Program-made: the position numbers and the translations under genes
The notes under the pieces: generated by a model
Told to the model about the DNA's origin: nothing
Databases searched by the model: none
Seen by the model: only the letters and a program-made list of their open reading frames with translations
Shown: one piece after another, positions 61,167 to 64,000 of the stretch
How the letters are laid out: each line of letters starts with the position of its first letter
Position numbering within the stretch: the first letter of the stretch is position 1
Assembly: GCF_018350175.1 (NCBI RefSeq)
Contig: NC_058369.1
Span: 11,968,001 to 12,032,000, forward strand
DNA from: Felis catus
Lineage: Eukaryota
Reading direction: 5' to 3'
DNA: 64,000 nt

Positions 61167-62427
61167 GGAGCACTGCCTTACTCTGAGCCTCGCTCAGCTG
61201 AGCTGACTGTGCCTGTCCTGAGCGAGCCCCTCGCTCGGCCGGGGGCCCTCCCCCCCCAACACTCCCTGCCGTGCCACGGCCACCGGGCCCATGGCCACCA
61301 GACACAGTTGAGAAATTGTTGATTTTAGTAACTGCCTGATCTTTTTTCAACTTTGGAGATGGAATGAGTTAAGGATTTGCTATTTTTCTGGTCTGCGGAA
61401 CGGGCCCTCTCGCCACGTGACCAGAGAGGAAGCTGGAGCGGAGCTGTGGCCGCCAACATCAGCCGGCACGGTGGGCCTCTGTCTCCAGGCCTCCCTGCAG
61501 CACGACCGAAGCCCCACCGGGAAGCCCGTCCACGTCCCCACCACAGAAGCCAGGCCCCGGAGCCCAGCGACGGTTCCAGGAGTGCTGGGCCCCCACGCCC
61601 TGAGCGAGGCGACGCATGCCGGGCCCACAAAGCGTCCAGCCAGCACATCTGACGCCTACCTTCTCCTCTTCTGTCGGTTTTGGACAAGTGACAAAAACCA
61701 TTCTCTTTCCCCCCCACCTTTCTCTTCTTAACTGTCAAGCCAGACCAAAGGGAAGCACAAATTACGGAAATCCTGAGGAAAGAAGCGTGGGGGGAGCCCT
61801 TCCTGTTTCACAGGCAGGTGCTGGTCTGCAGTCCAGCCTCGGCCGGCTCCGTGGGCCTCTCTCGGCATTCCCCGCCTGAGCACCGAGGGGATGCCACGCG
61901 TGACCCCGAAGACGCAACCAACCACACACGGTCCACCTGTGATTGGGGCATCTGTCTGCCTCTGGGCCCCCGGGCAGCCCCCCCGCCCCCCGCCCCCCGC
62001 GTCCTCTTCCCTCCTGCTGTCTCCAAACTGGACGTTCTTTCTAGCTGAGATTTTTTTATTTTTCCAGATCTGTAGTGCCATGAAGTGATTCCGTCTTTGA
62101 TTTCCAGCGGCAGACCCAGGTGCTTGGGAGCCCGTGCGCACCTCTGGCCGGACGTGGCCAAGAGCGTGAGGCCGCGCTCGGCGCTGGCCGAGGCCCAAGG
62201 CGACAGGCTGGCCGCATAGCAGTCGGAGTTGGTTTTTAGCTGCCGTCACCAGGTTCTGTTGTGACAGCTCTGCCCTCCTGTAGAGACTGTGCAATTGGAC
62301 CAGGTAGCCAGGTCGGAGAGGCGTCACCAGGGAGCTTTTATTTTTTCTTATCCTTCCCCCCACTCCCCGCCCCACCCCAAGCTGCTGTCAGTCCAAGCCA
62401 TTGGCGTTGTAGTTTCTTCTTTTTGGA

Positions 62428-62528
62428 ATTAAAACCAACATACCAGCAATAGTCTGCTCTCCCCTGAAATTTCTTAACATGCTCTGTTTACATTGATAAA
62501 TGCACTTAAGGAAAACAAACAAATTAAA
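62428..62528 (+). terminator. RAB8A: Candidate RAB8A poly(A) signals
   Basis: ATTAAA at 62428-62433 and 62523-62528, the second followed by a long U-rich tract. Confidence 0.6.
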
Positions 62529-62734
62529 GCTCGTTTTAAAGTTAACGAATTTTTTTTTTTTTTACAGCTTATCTTAGTTCTTTCCTTAGTTTTAATTTCA
62601 TCAGTAAAATCATAGATTGGACTAGATCAGCGTTAACGGATTTTTACGTCCACACGTTCCCTGCAGGTACGCAGCTGTGGCCAGGTGTTGGGTCCGGGGT
62701 CCTCAGGATGCCCGTTAATTTAAAAGACAGGCCT

Positions 62735-62884
62735 GGGGGCGCCTGGGTGGCTCATCCGGCAAACCGCCCAACCCTTTATTTCGGCTCAGGTCATCATCTC
62801 GTGGTTTGTAAGGTCAAGCCCCAGATCAGGCTCTGCACCGATGGCACGGAGCCTGCTTGGGATTCTCACTCTCCCTCTCTCTCT
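62735..62884 (+). mobile_element. Partial Can-SINE
   Basis: gggggcgcctgggtggctca head to (CT)n; no tail. Confidence 0.8.
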
Positions 62885-63244
62885 GGATGGCGGATCTCAG
62901 CCTGGGATAGACACATGTCACTGAGGGATCGGCTGCTGTCAGCATCGTGCTCATCATCGTTATTATTAGCATCGCTATTTGTTTTGCTCCCCAAGAGCAG
63001 AACCCACTTCTGTTTTTCACATCTCGTCTCTTAACGGGGCACAAGTCACATAAATAGCTCACGGCTCTGAGCTGTATTTGCCCCATGATGCTCCATGTCT
63101 GCACCTGTTGCCCCCCTCCCCCCCCGCCCCCGCCGAGTCAGGCTGGGGTCCCGGAACCTCCATCCTCCTGCCTTAGACCCGGCCTTTTGCTGAGAGGAGC
63201 TTTGATGCAGTGGCAGACAGGGAGAGATGACTCCTCGACTTTCT

Positions 63245-63700
63245 TCTTTTTTTTTTTAATAACGGCTTTATTGAGATCTAATCCACCCACCGAACCGTCC
63301 ACCCACCGAAGTGCAATTAAGCGGCTTTCAGCATATTCACAGCGATGTGCCGCCATCCCTGCGGTCCATTTTAACACATTCTCCTCACTCGGTCCCCATG
63401 AGCTGTCACTCCCCAGACCCCCTCCTCCAGCCTTCTGGCAACCATTAGTCTTTCTGTCTCTGGATTTGCCTGTTCTGGACACTCCATATAAACGGGATCG
63501 TACGCGATGTGGCCTTTTGTGTCTGGCTTCTTTCACTCAGCATAGTTTTCTAGGTCCATCATGTAGCACATGTGAAGACTGCTTTGCACGGCCGAATAAT
63601 AATCCGTTGAAAGGATGGACCACAGTTTTTTAATCTAGTCATCCGTTGATGGACATCCGGTTATGTCCACTCTTTGGACACCTCAATTGTTGTCTGTTCC
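63245..63700 (-). mobile_element. Ancient LINE-1 3' end (L1MB/L1MC-like)
   Basis: ggctttattgagat...ctttctgtctctggatttgcctgttctggac...ctggcttctttcactcagcata. Confidence 0.7.
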
Positions 63701-64000
63701 ACGGGTGTGCCCGGTTTCTTCCTGCCACAGGGCCTTTGCCCTTGCTGTTCCCACTTGTGCAAGCCTGGCCTGCATGTGGACTTGCGCGACAACCGTCTCC
63801 CCGTGGACTGTGGGCTCCAGCAGGGCAGGGACAGTGCCTGTCTTGTCTTCTCCATCCTTAGCATCTAGCATGGTGCCCACAGTTGGGGCTCAGCCAATGT
63901 TTGTGGAGAGAATGAATTAACAAATAGAATGAAAGCATTGTGGGACGAATAGAACGGTTGAAAACACAGAAAGCTCAGCGTTGGCAGAGCCTGGCTGTCC

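Overview
Mammalian nuclear DNA from a carnivore, very probably a felid (dense tRNA-derived Can-SINEs of feline type, L1 3' ends, MIR/L2/MLT1/MER relics). Three + strand genes in the order conserved with human 19p13: a disabled family-1 olfactory receptor (5726-6674; one premature TGA, one +1 frameshift; OR1AB-like by position), the complete TPM4 gene (exons 1a, 2b, 1b, 3, 4, 5, 6b, 7, 8, 9a, 9d; about 18.6-41.05 kb) and the complete 8-exon RAB8A gene (CDS 44207-61166, 207 aa). All exon boundaries were read from the sequence, are GT-AG, and sum to the expected protein lengths. I see no wholly new biological system. The best leads are: an intact striated-muscle TPM4 cassette (promoter CArG, exons 1a/2b, exon 9a with its own stop, AATAAA and a 129-nt AG-free acceptor zone), a possible decayed exon 9c, phase compatibility for a TPM4-RAB8A read-through chimera, and a stop-free 19-heptad exon 3-6b circle flanked by inverted SINEs. 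Repeat family names and comparisons with other species are from memory, not from a database search; repeat boundaries are approximate.
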